From Alphaproteobacteria bacterium (GTDB lineage: Bacteria; Pseudomonadota; Alphaproteobacteria; SHVV01), in NCBI GenBank assembly GCA_965261735.1, contig OZ253470.1, positions 357,728-421,727 on the forward strand: 64,000 nucleotides of DNA, read 5' to 3'. Made by a program: the position numbers and the translations under genes. Below the pieces are notes generated by a model. The model was not told the origin of the DNA, did not search any database, and saw only the letters and a list, made by a program, of their open reading frames with translations. Of this stretch, positions 1 through 9,829 are shown one piece after another. Positions within the stretch are counted from its first letter, which is position 1. Every line of letters starts with the position of its first letter.

Positions 1-1
1 T

Positions 2-1153
2 GGTCGCAAGGCAACCAAGGCAAAGCACTACATTCTTAAGAGTTACCTCCAGGCGCTCGCATTCAAAGTCCTCACATTTCAAGTCATCACGTACGTCGAT
101 GGCTTTTCTGGTCCATGGAAGACTAAGACCGACGACTTCAGCGATTCATCTTTCATGATTGCAATCTCGGTCTTACTGGACGCCCAAAAACAGTACCTGG
201 ACCGAAGTGGTATTCGGCGACAGGTTCGTTGTTTTTTTTCGGAAAACGATCCCGACAGGTTTCAGAATCTTGAGAAGGCCGTCAAACCGTTTCACAGGCC
301 AGCGGAAGGGTTCGAAATCAAGACTTACTTCGGCGATTTCGAAGATGCTGTCAGAGAAATTCAGGCGTTTATCGGTAGTTCATTTCCGTTGATTTTTATC
401 GACCCTACAGGATGGACAGGTTATCCGTTCGACAAGATAAAGCCCCTCTTCGCGCGACCCAAGTGCGAGGTTCTTATCAATTTCATGTATGCGTTTGTTC
501 ATCGCTTTGTTCACAGCGAGGACGAAGACACTATTACTTCATTGAACCCGATTCTGGGAGGAGCCGGTTGGCGTAATCGCCTCGACCGGAGACTTGATCG
601 CGGTCACGCGGTTGAGACGCTGTTTCGTGAGACGCTTAAGGCTATCGGCGATTTCGAGTTTGTAATTTCGACGAAAATCGACAAGGCCGCAACCGAACAG
701 CCGCACTTTTTCATAGCTTACGGCACAAAGAGTTTGGAAGGGCTTAAGGCATTTCGACAAGCGGAATACGATTCGCTTCGCAAGCATGAGAAGAATCGCG
801 CGAACGCTAAGGAGCGCTTACGCGAGGAACGAACGAATATGTCGGACTTATTCGCTGGTCACCAGTCGAGCATAAAAGAAGCAACCATCGACGAAATCGT
901 CGGAGAACAGATGAAGCTGGCATCGACTACCTTGATGGTAACTCTATCGACAACCCTAACGCTTCCATTCTCCAGTGTGTTGGTTGCGTTGCTTGAACCT
1001 TATATGTTGCGCGAGACGAACGTCAAAGACATTTGCGTCGCCCTTGCGAATGCCGGAAAGATCGAAAATACTTGGGGCAGCGGAACTCAAAAATCCCAAG
1101 ATGACAGTATTATCAAATTGATGGCGCCTGTCGATAACACAATTTCTAAATAG
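2..1153 (+). CDS. three-Cys-motif partner protein (TcmP-like), 5' end outside window
   Basis: Frame 2 is open from the window edge (GRKATKAKHYILKSYLQALAF..ITYVDGFSGPW..LIFIDPTGWTGYPF..LINFMY). This layout matches TcmP-type proteins as I remember them. GC is lower than the surroundings. Confidence 0.5.
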   Translation, partial: GRKATKAKHYILKSYLQALAFKVLTFQVITYVDGFSGPWKTKTDDFSDSSFMIAISVLLDAQKQYLDRSGIRRQVRCFFSENDPDRFQNLEKAVKPFHRPAEGFEIKTYFGDFEDAVREIQAFIGSSFPLIFIDPTGWTGYPFDKIKPLFARPKCEVLINFMYAFVHRFVHSEDEDTITSLNPILGGAGWRNRLDRRLDRGHAVETLFRETLKAIGDFEFVISTKIDKAATEQPHFFIAYGTKSLEGLKAFRQAEYDSLRKHEKNRANAKERLREERTNMSDLFAGHQSSIKEATIDEIVGEQMKLASTTLMVTLSTTLTLPFSSVLVALLEPYMLRETNVKDICVALANAGKIENTWGSGTQKSQDDSIIKLMAPVDNTISK

Positions 1154-1756
1154 CCTGAACCAATGGGCCGAGGAAGTTCTGAACCGCGCCGCGGAGTGTG
1201 GCGGGCCGGCTGAAGCGGGTTCGCGATGCTTTGGCTGCACCTTATGACGGTTTTGCTGGCGCTGGGACTCGGAACGGCGAACCTCGCCCGAAGGCAGCGG
1301 GCCGGAAAACCCGAACTTCGAAAGGCCCGGCCTCTGGGGTCACGCGGTGCCTGCTTTCCGTCTTCTCTTCACGAGACCGATTCCGGACTCGGCCTCCGCG
1401 CGCGGCGTCGGTACCAGGGTTCGAAAGGATTGCTGGCACGCGGCCATGCCGGAGACTCGCATCGCAAGACGGGCCGCGCCGGGCGCAATCGGTCCCATGG
1501 TCTCCACTACCATCATCTGGTCTTCGCCCGTTCCGGGCGGAGTGGGCCAATCGATCGGGAGCAACCGTACGCCCCCTGCGCCTTGAGCACCTGGGGGGGA
1601 CCCGTGCCCCGATCGTTGGCCGCGATGGATGCCCCGGGATTCGCATCACCATCGTGTCCCGTCCCCATGCGCCGAGTATCATCGCCCTGGCAAGGCAGCG
1701 GGCGGCGCTCGGTTTCCAGGGCAGCCCCTGCGACATGACGGAGACCGCAGAACGGT

Positions 1757-2266
1757 ATGCCCCAGGCGGCGCAATCCAGAGTCTTCGTGGACGGCAACAA
1801 CGTCATGGGCTCGCGGCCCGACGGCTGGTGGCGCGATCGGGCCGAGGCCGCGCGACGGCTCGTCGCCGAGATCATTCCGCTGGCGCTCGGTCACGGTGGC
1901 GTATGGACGATTGTGTTCGATGGGAAGGAGCCGCCCCGCATGCCGCCGTCACCCGAGTGCATCATCGTGGTTCACACTGGGCATGGCCGCCGGGATGGAG
2001 CAGATGATCGAATCGTGGAACTTGTGCACGAACGCTCGGATCGGGCGGCGTCGCTGGTCTACACCTCCGACGCGAAGCTGCGCACTCGGGTGAAGGCGCT
2101 CGGCACCCAGGTCATGGGGTGCGGCACGTTGCTGAGCCAGATCGCGACGCTGCGTGCCACCATGGAGCCAATTGGCACCGGACACTCGCACGACCCCGCC
2201 GAAGACGACGGACGTGACCATCACGTAAACGGAGACCTACCGACCACCCCCACCGCCGAAGGCTGA
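1757..2266 (+). CDS. NYN/YacP-like PIN-fold ribonuclease domain protein
   Basis: The blocks FVDGNNVMG, IVFDG, ADDRIVEL, VYTSD and GTQVMGCGTLL are collinear with the YacP (DUF901/NYN) blocks LVDGYN, VVFDA, ADERIEKL, VATSD. Confidence 0.65.
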   Translation: MPQAAQSRVFVDGNNVMGSRPDGWWRDRAEAARRLVAEIIPLALGHGGVWTIVFDGKEPPRMPPSPECIIVVHTGHGRRDGADDRIVELVHERSDRAASLVYTSDAKLRTRVKALGTQVMGCGTLLSQIATLRATMEPIGTGHSHDPAEDDGRDHHVNGDLPTTPTAEG

Positions 2267-2387
2267 AATCGCGAGCGATTTTGATGAACGGGACAGAGAG
2301 GATCAAGGGCGCGTCTGTCGTGACACCATAGACCAACAATCCAGCAACGCATGTAGACCCCGATTGCGGGTCCGGGAACAGACCACA

Positions 2388-3089
2388 ATGACCAAAAAGG
2401 CGCAGGATAGTCACCCCGATACCAATGATCCCAATGCTCAATGGCGCACCGCGCGAACAGTGAATACCCCGACAGCGAGATTGTATTCTGAATGGACACT
2501 TCTGGTTCACGATCTCGAATACACTTTGAGCAGGGCACGCTTATGGAAGGAAATGGCTACGGCTGATCCACTTAGTGACCCTGCCGCCGAAGTAACCGTT
2601 AGTCTTTTCAGGGATGCAGTAATCTCGTTTGTTTCGTGCTTCGACAAACAACTATTCGTTTATCTCAATCCTGCCGTAGCACTTGGGACGCTAGATGGTG
2701 GCTTGGAGTATTTCGGCTGGTTACGAGACATGCGGAATACATGGGTGGCGCATAGAAGCGGGCCACACCGTCTTTGCGTCACCGCAATACTCATTGACGA
2801 AAAATCGGGGGACATTCAAGGTTTGGGTCACTTGTCACACTTGTACCTTGGTCCTAAGCCAGAAGCAGCAGATGACCTAATTCGTGTCATGGAGACAGCG
2901 TTGAACTATTCACGGCAAAAACAACGAGAGCATGAACTTCTTCTGCGCCACGACTTGGACAAGTTGGGTAAACAAGAGCGACTGAACTTGCCTCGTGCAA
3001 ACACCACGATTCCCGGGCCCACAGACATTCGAATGGGTCGAAAGAAGTTCGCCAACATCAAGCGTGGCCTGCCCCCGCGAAAGGGGTGA
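2388..3089 (+). CDS. hypothetical protein (no family recognised)
   Basis: 233-aa ORF from MTKKAQ within track ORF 2364..3089. Composition is protein-like and GC is lower than the window average. The start is uncertain. Confidence 0.4.
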   Translation: MTKKAQDSHPDTNDPNAQWRTARTVNTPTARLYSEWTLLVHDLEYTLSRARLWKEMATADPLSDPAAEVTVSLFRDAVISFVSCFDKQLFVYLNPAVALGTLDGGLEYFGWLRDMRNTWVAHRSGPHRLCVTAILIDEKSGDIQGLGHLSHLYLGPKPEAADDLIRVMETALNYSRQKQREHELLLRHDLDKLGKQERLNLPRANTTIPGPTDIRMGRKKFANIKRGLPPRKG

Positions 3090-3270
3090 GCGGCAATCCC
3101 GCGGCAGGCCCAGGAAGGAGCGCCCGGCCGACTCGACTTCTGCGTTCGCCGTGGTCATCGACAGGAAATTGACGGTTACGCAGGACGGCAAGTCCCGCGA
3201 GTGCACTCCTAAGTTATCATCCAGGCATGATCGCAATCACGGAATACATCGACCCTAACGCTCGCAGCCG

Positions 3271-3669
3271 CTACGCCTCCTGAAAGTCACCGCTTGAGAT
3301 GCCGCGCAGATAGAGCACCGGCAGAACCGCATCCAGCGACCGGGTGCGCCGTGCGAACGGCGGCAGGATGGCCGACGTGAAGCGGATGCGTGCGCTCGGG
3401 TCGACCGCGCCGCGATCGAGAAGCTTGGCCCGGCGCACCGGGACCGGACCGATCCCGGTCAGGATCTCGCGCTCCGGACCGTGACCATGCCGCACCAGGC
3501 GCCGCCGTCCATCTTCGGTACGAAGATGATCATGCGCGCTCAGCATGTCTGCGACTTCCGCCTCAACCGCCTGGGCCAAAAGCTGACGAGCGCCCGCGCG
3601 CAATAAATCCGTCAGCGGATCTGCAACATTCCCTGCCTGACGCAAGGCAACAACTGTATCGTCCAACAT
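3271..3669 (-). pseudogene. IS256-family (mutator-type) transposase, N-terminal fragment
   Basis: VRHGHGPEREILTGIGPVPVRRAKLLDR..FTSAILPPFARRTRSLDAVLPVLYLRGISSGDFQEA is the conserved N-terminal third of IS256-family transposases. It stops where homology should continue. Confidence 0.75.
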
Positions 3670-3870
3670 GGCGTATCACTCCTTTCCTGGAGATGTCGTG
3701 GGTTCATCACCACCACGATACGCCACCCCTTTCTCAAGCTGTCACCCACTTCCGGCCATAGCTCATGGCGTCCCAGCCTGTTGTTAGGCGCCGGCGTTTG
3801 ACCCCCCAGACCCTCGGAACGTCAATGAGTTAGCATGCCTATCGGCGTTGAACATCCACGCCGAACAACA

Positions 3871-5763
3871 CTATGGCACTGTTAGTTCAGGAGACCCCAG
3901 ATACTCTTGCGCAAATTCGCGGTGCGCCTCTTGAATTGCGTTTACGAGATCGCGCTCAAAATTCTCTCGGTTCAAAGTTTCTTCAAGTTGCAAAAGCGCT
4001 GCATCAACCGCGACACCCACAGTCAAGGCCCCCAAAACTCCGCCGACCGTTGCACCAATAGCGGTTCCAACAAAGGGGACAATTGAGCCGATGGCGGCGC
4101 CGATAGGCGCACCACCAGTTGCGCCCGCTGAAACCTTTAGCCCCAGAGAGACCAATGGTTTCATCAACGCCTTGGCGGCAAGTTTAAAAACAGATTTAGT
4201 GGCGACTTTTGTAGTGATTTTCTTCAGGATGATTTTCTTGAAAGTGGAGGCCGCAATCACACCCGAAGCGACGGAGCTGGCGCCGGCGGCGCCCCCGGCT
4301 ACTCCCGATCGATCCTCCAGTCGTATGATGTCCTTAGGAAACGTCCGCTCCAGAATATCGTCTAGTGAGACTGTAAGTGCGACCTGGGCATCGGCGGGCA
4401 TCAAATCCAGTCCATTTCGGGAAAGAATGTCTCCGGCCACCTGCCTCAATTCTGTGTGCGCCTCCTCGGTGACGGCAAGGGTTCTGCTCAGCTCTTCGTT
4501 GAAGTCCTGATACCACTTCGGCTGTTGAAACGTCTCGCTATGGCGTTCGACCATGTATCTTTCAAGATCACCAACAAGCATCTTGGCGAGGCGTAAATAT
4601 TCGGCGGGAAGACTGTAATACCAGTCAAGGTATTCATTTACAGCCTCAGTTTCGAGCCGGGTGAACATGCTGTCCGCCTCGTTGCGTAAGTATTGAAGGG
4701 TGGCCTCGAGTAAATCCGTTTTGGGGCGGGCCGCTGCGACAATCTGATCGCGTGTCCCTTCGCGGTAGACATTGCCGTCGATAACCTCAACTGTAGTTCG
4801 CTCAAACGAACCGCGAATGCTGGACAATCCCGATGACGACACTAATCCTTCCAGTTGTGCAAGTCCGGGAAGATAGATAAAGCCAATGGCGAGCGTCGAC
4901 AGCGCCGCCAACTGAAAAATCGCCTCCCCTGTACGTGGAATCATACGAGCCTGTGCAAAGCCAGCCCTTGAAATCAGAAAACAGGACCACCCAAGACAAA
5001 CGTTGTAATAGATGGCGAAATTAACGATCACCAAAATCAAAAGTGTTATTAGCGCATCGATTCGCCCAACACGACCAAGTGCATACGCCTTGAGGCCATC
5101 GAAATAGGCAGCCCATGACAGTCCCTCTTTCACCAATTCGCTTCCGGACCAGTCGTCCGCTTGGTTCTTGTACTCGCTGATAGCCGCCTGGATTGACTCG
5201 AACTCCGGCCACTCGCCCAAAGTCGCGGTTACAAGGACATACAGCAATACCATGACCACAGCGCACAACCCACGAGACCATGCCAATGCCATACTTTGAG
5301 CAATATCCTCACGGAATTCCTCCAAAATGAATTCACGAATCAGGGCAAAAGTGATCGGGAATACGAAGATCCCTACCAACAAAACTACCCATTCGACCGC
5401 TGTATAGACATGAATTTGTAAGAACAGCAAAAACGACATCACCAGGGAGAAAATCAGCCACCAAGACATTCTTAGAAAACGGCGCGACAAGAGGCTGTAT
5501 AACCATCCCTTGTGTGCAAGTGGAGCCAGTTTGTATTTCATTCGTATCGTGCTGGAATAAGTCGTGGTCGTGAAAATAGGTAGACTAAACAACAGCATGC
5601 TGACGCTAACCGCCCCGATCTCCATGGACTGCGCACGCGAGATTACGTATGCACTCAGCAACCAGAGTGGAGCGAATAGCAAAAACTTAACGTGTTCCCC
5701 ATACAACGTCTGAAGCGCTTCAGAAAAACGCCGTGGCGAAATCTTCTTTAGAGTCAGGAGCAT
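3871..5763 (-). CDS. polytopic membrane protein with C-terminal glycine-zipper segment, unknown family
   Basis: 630-aa ORF with markedly lower GC. The N-terminal ~300 aa carry many hydrophobic helices and the middle is a soluble helical region. The C-terminus carries GATGGAPIGAAIGSIVPFVGTAIGATVGGVLGALTVGVAV. Confidence 0.6.
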   Translation of the reverse strand: MLLTLKKISPRRFSEALQTLYGEHVKFLLFAPLWLLSAYVISRAQSMEIGAVSVSMLLFSLPIFTTTTYSSTIRMKYKLAPLAHKGWLYSLLSRRFLRMSWWLIFSLVMSFLLFLQIHVYTAVEWVVLLVGIFVFPITFALIREFILEEFREDIAQSMALAWSRGLCAVVMVLLYVLVTATLGEWPEFESIQAAISEYKNQADDWSGSELVKEGLSWAAYFDGLKAYALGRVGRIDALITLLILVIVNFAIYYNVCLGWSCFLISRAGFAQARMIPRTGEAIFQLAALSTLAIGFIYLPGLAQLEGLVSSSGLSSIRGSFERTTVEVIDGNVYREGTRDQIVAAARPKTDLLEATLQYLRNEADSMFTRLETEAVNEYLDWYYSLPAEYLRLAKMLVGDLERYMVERHSETFQQPKWYQDFNEELSRTLAVTEEAHTELRQVAGDILSRNGLDLMPADAQVALTVSLDDILERTFPKDIIRLEDRSGVAGGAAGASSVASGVIAASTFKKIILKKITTKVATKSVFKLAAKALMKPLVSLGLKVSAGATGGAPIGAAIGSIVPFVGTAIGATVGGVLGALTVGVAVDAALLQLEETLNRENFERDLVNAIQEAHREFAQEYLGSPELTVP

Positions 5764-5947
5764 TACAACCGATAGCTTACGAAAGGACCTGGATGTACCC
5801 AGTCAGCACTAGTTGTACAAGATCGTTGAACTGAGCAGGAGAGTGTTTTTGGCTCATCGTAGCGACGTAAGGAGCGAAGAGGAGACGAAATCACTGTTGA
5901 CCGGCGTGGAATATTGAGAGTTATGGCCGATTTTGGGTGACGACCGA

Positions 5948-6112
5948 TCAAGCGGCGGCGTTGTGGTTGATCTCGATCAACTCGATGCCATCGCGGAATT
6001 TGACTCCCTCGATGAGCTTGGGCAACTGATTTTTACCCTTCAGCACCCGCCAGCTTCGGGCCGCGGCGGTTATCAGCATAAAGACCATACCCACGGCGGT
6101 GGCATGCGAGAG
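5948..6112 (-). pseudogene. transposase C-terminal fragment (probably IS256 family)
   Basis: The minus-strand reading ..GMVFMLITAAARSWRVLKGKNQLPKLIEGVKFRDGIELIEINHNAAA* resembles the C-terminal tail of one IS256 subgroup. It is cut at the IS6 end at 6113. Confidence 0.4.
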
Positions 6113-6918
6113 GGCGTTGTCACGTTAACCACCGTGTAACCAGCTTGTGGGCGCCGACGCCGGAGATTATGCAACGGTCGTCACTTGCCGCCACTGTCTC
6201 ATCGCGTCGCCGCGGAATTGGCGGAGTGTTCGGCGGGAGACCAGATGGCGTTGGACGTTGAAGAGGTTGTAGACGGTCGCATGGACGGCGAGGAACCGCT
6301 GCGCGGACGCGGGCGATTTGAACCGCTGCATCTTTCGAACTCGTCGTCGCACCGGCTGATGTGAATTTTCTGCCCGATTGTTCTTTCGCAGGCCTTGCTC
6401 ATGCTGAGCCGAGAGGGCAAGCAAACGGATCGCGGTGCCGTAGGAGCGGAGTTTATCGGTTACAATCGTCGCCGGCGCGAAGCCCTGCTTCTTCAAGAGT
6501 TTCCGCATCAGCCGAATTGCCGCCCGAGCGTTCCTGCGGGATTGAACCAGGAAATCCAGGACTTCGCCCTCACTGTCCACGGCACGCCAGAGATAGAACT
6601 GCCTCCCTCGAATTACGACGACCATCTCGTCCAGGTGCCAGCGTTCGGTCGGTCGTGGCCGCCGACGTTGAATCCGCCGCGCATAGGCCCGACCGAATTT
6701 CAAGACCCATCTTCGAACTGTCTCATACGAGATGTCGAGACCACGCTCGGCAAGCAGGTCATCAACGTCCCGATAGCTCAGCGTGAAACGGCAATAGAGC
6801 CAGACGGCATGCTGGATGATGACCGGTGGAAAGCGGTGACGACGGTAGGATATCTTGCACATCCAGAGACGCTAAAGCACCGGCCGTGCCGAAGCCACGC
6901 TGTTAACGTGACAATGCC
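6113..6918 (-). mobile_element. IS6-family element, type 1, copy A
   Basis: Terminal inverted repeats are GGCGTTGTCACGTTAAC (6113-) and GTTAACGTGACAATGCC (-6918). It holds a single transposase gene and is near-identical to 37844..38649. Confidence 0.85.
6167..6862 (-). CDS. IS6 family transposase
   Basis: 231 aa with MCKISYRRHRFPPVIIQHAVWLYCRFTLSYRDVDDLLAERGLDISYETVRRWVLKFG, typical of IS6/IS26-like transposases. Confidence 0.9.
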   Translation of the reverse strand: MCKISYRRHRFPPVIIQHAVWLYCRFTLSYRDVDDLLAERGLDISYETVRRWVLKFGRAYARRIQRRRPRPTERWHLDEMVVVIRGRQFYLWRAVDSEGEVLDFLVQSRRNARAAIRLMRKLLKKQGFAPATIVTDKLRSYGTAIRLLALSAQHEQGLRKNNRAENSHQPVRRRVRKMQRFKSPASAQRFLAVHATVYNLFNVQRHLVSRRTLRQFRGDAMRQWRQVTTVA

Positions 6919-7069
6919 GGCGAAAGCGTTCATTCGCTGGCGCAACAAGCACAAGAGCGAAAGCTGAACATTTTACTTTCATTTTTGGACCGAATCTCCC
7001 TAAAAGGATGGCAGGCACCGAGGCAACGGTGCCTGCCCATCAACGCTCATCTCGAAAGGAACCCGAGCG

Positions 7070-7264
7070 ATGACAAAACGCGATACCTTCAAATACCAGC
7101 AGAAAATTGGCAACAAGATTGTGCATGGTGGAATCACGAACGACCTTGAGCGTCGCGAGGTTGAACACCAGCAGAAATGGCCCAAGAGCCACATCACGCA
7201 AGTTGGCCGCCGTACAACGGAAGAGGCTGCCCGCAACTGGGAAAAGAAAAAGGGCTACACCTAA
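7070..7264 (+). CDS. small GIY-YIG-like protein
   Basis: 64 aa. GGITNDLERREVEH resembles the Y-I-G-x-T-x-D-L-x-R-R-x-x-E-H core of UPF0213-type GIY-YIG proteins. The first GIY element is weak. Confidence 0.45.
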   Translation: MTKRDTFKYQQKIGNKIVHGGITNDLERREVEHQQKWPKSHITQVGRRTTEEAARNWEKKKGYT

Positions 7265-7893
7265 TCGGGGTGGTCCTGTCGGTGCAATTCACCTGAATCA
7301 TCCACTGGGCCACACTCGAAGCGCCAACCCATCAATCGCCCGCAGCACCAGCGCCAGAGATGGGCCGGCGCTGCCAAAAATTCATAGACGCGAAGCTTAA
7401 AGCTCATTTTGGCTTCTTGCGCTTGGACGTTGCACTTTTGCTTCGCGCCCGTTTGGGTCGCGGCTGTGGTGGCGTTTTCAGCAGCCTGAGCAGAAACTTG
7501 TCCCTGCCCTTCTCTGTGACTTGATCAGCCTTCGACATTCGAAAAATCCACCGCTAATACATGGTCGGGCAATAGATAAGTACATCCCTCTTCAATCAAT
7601 TCGATAAATTGCCGCGCATCGGAAAAATAGTTCTTAAATGCCTCGCGTATCGAGGATCGGATCCGTCTTACGCTCGACCGACCATGTAGAATTCCCAAGT
7701 GACTCATCGGCCTTTGCCTGAGGCATGCACAGAAATACAGCCATTAGGCATAAAGCCGCGTGCGAGCAGCGTGATTGAAAGCTCATCGTCCTTCGTCCCG
7801 GGTCAAGATCACCTTTTTCCCCCGGGTAAAGAACATCATGATGCCAAGGGCCATAGAAACACGTGAGGCTCAAAACTTCTCGTCGGTGCAGTG

Positions 7894-9591
7894 TCATCGG
7901 AGCCGATGCCAATCGGCGATGTTCCAGATCTCGCTGTCCCAGGTATTCAGCAGGACACCGCCCAGCGAGTGCGCATGGGCCGACACGCGACCGCGATGAA
8001 CCAGCGGGATCAACACGTGGTCCTGAACCAGCATGTCGTTCATTTCCTTGGCGAGGCGAGCCCTTTCACCGAGATCGCCAGTCTTCGCCATTTCCCCAAG
8101 GAGCCGGTCGTACTCCTCGCTACAGTAGCGTGGCACGTTCGCCCCCCGCCACTGCGAAGCCGGCCGGGGTTCGTTGCCGCAACGCCAGCCGCCGAGATAC
8201 GGTTCCGGGTCTGCGCCTTCGAAATTGGTCGCATACATTTCGATATCGGCGAAGAACTTCTCGTATGTGTCCGGACTGCCCGGGTCACCGCCGAAAAACA
8301 CCGAGGCGTCGATATCGCGGAGTTCCACTTCAACTCCGATCTCGGACCACCATTGCTTGATCAGAGCCTGGAAATCCTGTCGAACCGCGTTGGTTGAGGT
8401 CTGGTACAGAATCGAAAGTCGTATGCCGTCCTCCTGCCGTATCCCGTCCGGCCCCGGCCGCCAGCCGGCTTCGTCGAGCAAACGCTTTGCGCCTTCGATG
8501 TCCTGCACCAGACAATCCTCGTTCGCGGCCGACGCGTAGACCTCTGGCGCCGGAACGACATTGCAGGTCGGGCGTGCGGCCTGGCCGTAGCCGACCTCAA
8601 CGAGAAGCTCACGGTCGATAGCCATCGACAGGGCCTTGCGAACGGCGCGATCGGACAGAAACGGGTGCGGATGGGCGCGGGTGGAGCGTGCGTTGCCGAG
8701 CTCCGGAGCCGGATCGGTCAGGTTTACCAAGAGCCGCTCGACCAGAGTTCCGAAACTTGAAACCACCACCCCCTTTCCCGCAGCCTGCATACTCTGCAGC
8801 ACATCTGGAGCGAGTTGCAGGTTCCAGGCATAGTCGAATTCGCCGGTCTCGAGAACGGCGCGCGCCGCCGCCGCGGCATCGCCCCCGCCCTTGAACGCAA
8901 CGGTCGCGAAAGCCGGCTTTGCCGGATCGCGATAGTGGGGGTTGGCGTCCAAGGAGATGAAATCGTTCGGCCGGAACTCTGTCACGCGAAACGGGCCGGT
9001 GCCGATCGGGATAAAATTGGCTTCGGTACATTCCGGAGCCCGGGCGCCGGTGCAATCCGCGAATTGCGCCTTCTGCAGGATCGGCGATGTGGCACCGACG
9101 AAGGGGCCGTAGGGATAGGGTTTGGAGACGCCGAAGGTGACCTCCACGGTCAGGTCGTCGATCGCTTTGACCTCGGTCACCTCGTCAAACTTCGCCAGTT
9201 GCGAACAGCCGCCGGCGGTATCGCGGCAGTAGTCGGCGGTAAACACGACATCGGCGGCCGTCACCGGGCTTCCGTCCGACCACAGGAGGCCATCACGCAG
9301 CTTCCATGTAATGGTCTTCAAGTTAGCAGACACACCGCCATTCCCCACCGTTGGCACAGACGCGGCCAACCAGGGAGTAAGGGTTCCCGACTCGTCGAAC
9401 CGGGCAAGCGGTTCCAGGACCATCGACGCGGCCTCGCGATCCTTCGTACCGCCCGACAAATACGGATTGAGGATCGACGGGGCCTGCCAGTAAATGATGC
9501 TGACATGGCCGTCACTTCCCCGCTCGGCCGCCGCAGCGCCGGATACGAGTAGGGCGGCGGCCATCATGATCGCCAACGATGTCAGTCTCAT
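7894..9591 (-). CDS. ABC transporter substrate-binding protein, peptide/nickel (family 5) type
   Basis: Length and sequence are typical of DppA/OppA-like binding proteins. I place the start at MRLTSLAIMMAAALLVSGAAAA (signal peptide), preceded by AGGAGG, rather than at the 93-codon upstream extension in the track. Confidence 0.85.
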   Translation of the reverse strand: MRLTSLAIMMAAALLVSGAAAAERGSDGHVSIIYWQAPSILNPYLSGGTKDREAASMVLEPLARFDESGTLTPWLAASVPTVGNGGVSANLKTITWKLRDGLLWSDGSPVTAADVVFTADYCRDTAGGCSQLAKFDEVTEVKAIDDLTVEVTFGVSKPYPYGPFVGATSPILQKAQFADCTGARAPECTEANFIPIGTGPFRVTEFRPNDFISLDANPHYRDPAKPAFATVAFKGGGDAAAAARAVLETGEFDYAWNLQLAPDVLQSMQAAGKGVVVSSFGTLVERLLVNLTDPAPELGNARSTRAHPHPFLSDRAVRKALSMAIDRELLVEVGYGQAARPTCNVVPAPEVYASAANEDCLVQDIEGAKRLLDEAGWRPGPDGIRQEDGIRLSILYQTSTNAVRQDFQALIKQWWSEIGVEVELRDIDASVFFGGDPGSPDTYEKFFADIEMYATNFEGADPEPYLGGWRCGNEPRPASQWRGANVPRYCSEEYDRLLGEMAKTGDLGERARLAKEMNDMLVQDHVLIPLVHRGRVSAHAHSLGGVLLNTWDSEIWNIADWHRLR

Positions 9592-9829
9592 GCTGTCTCC
9601 TCCTGTTATGAGCAATTCAGAAAAACGCGCCGAGGAACGGATCGGAGCAACTCGATCTGTTCGCCCGGGCGGAAAGCGGCGGCCCGGGGGACACGCCGGC
9701 GTGGCGCACGCTGCCGGGCCGGACATGCCGGAAGGCGACCGAGCTGATGGTCCGGCTGATGCTGGACCACGCGCAGGATCCCCGGGAACCGGGAACGGAG
9801 GCGGCCGATCATAACGGAGGCGGCCGATC

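Noticed and set aside
1154-1756. 600-bp GC-rich stretch with several overlapping 70-270-aa ORFs; considered as ncRNA (RNase P, tmRNA, riboswitch, group II intron) or a gene
   Set aside because: The translations are arginine-rich nonsense in all frames. I could not find the conserved cores of those RNAs by eye (for example GAGGAAAGTCCGGGC or the B12 box). It is left unassigned rather than called.
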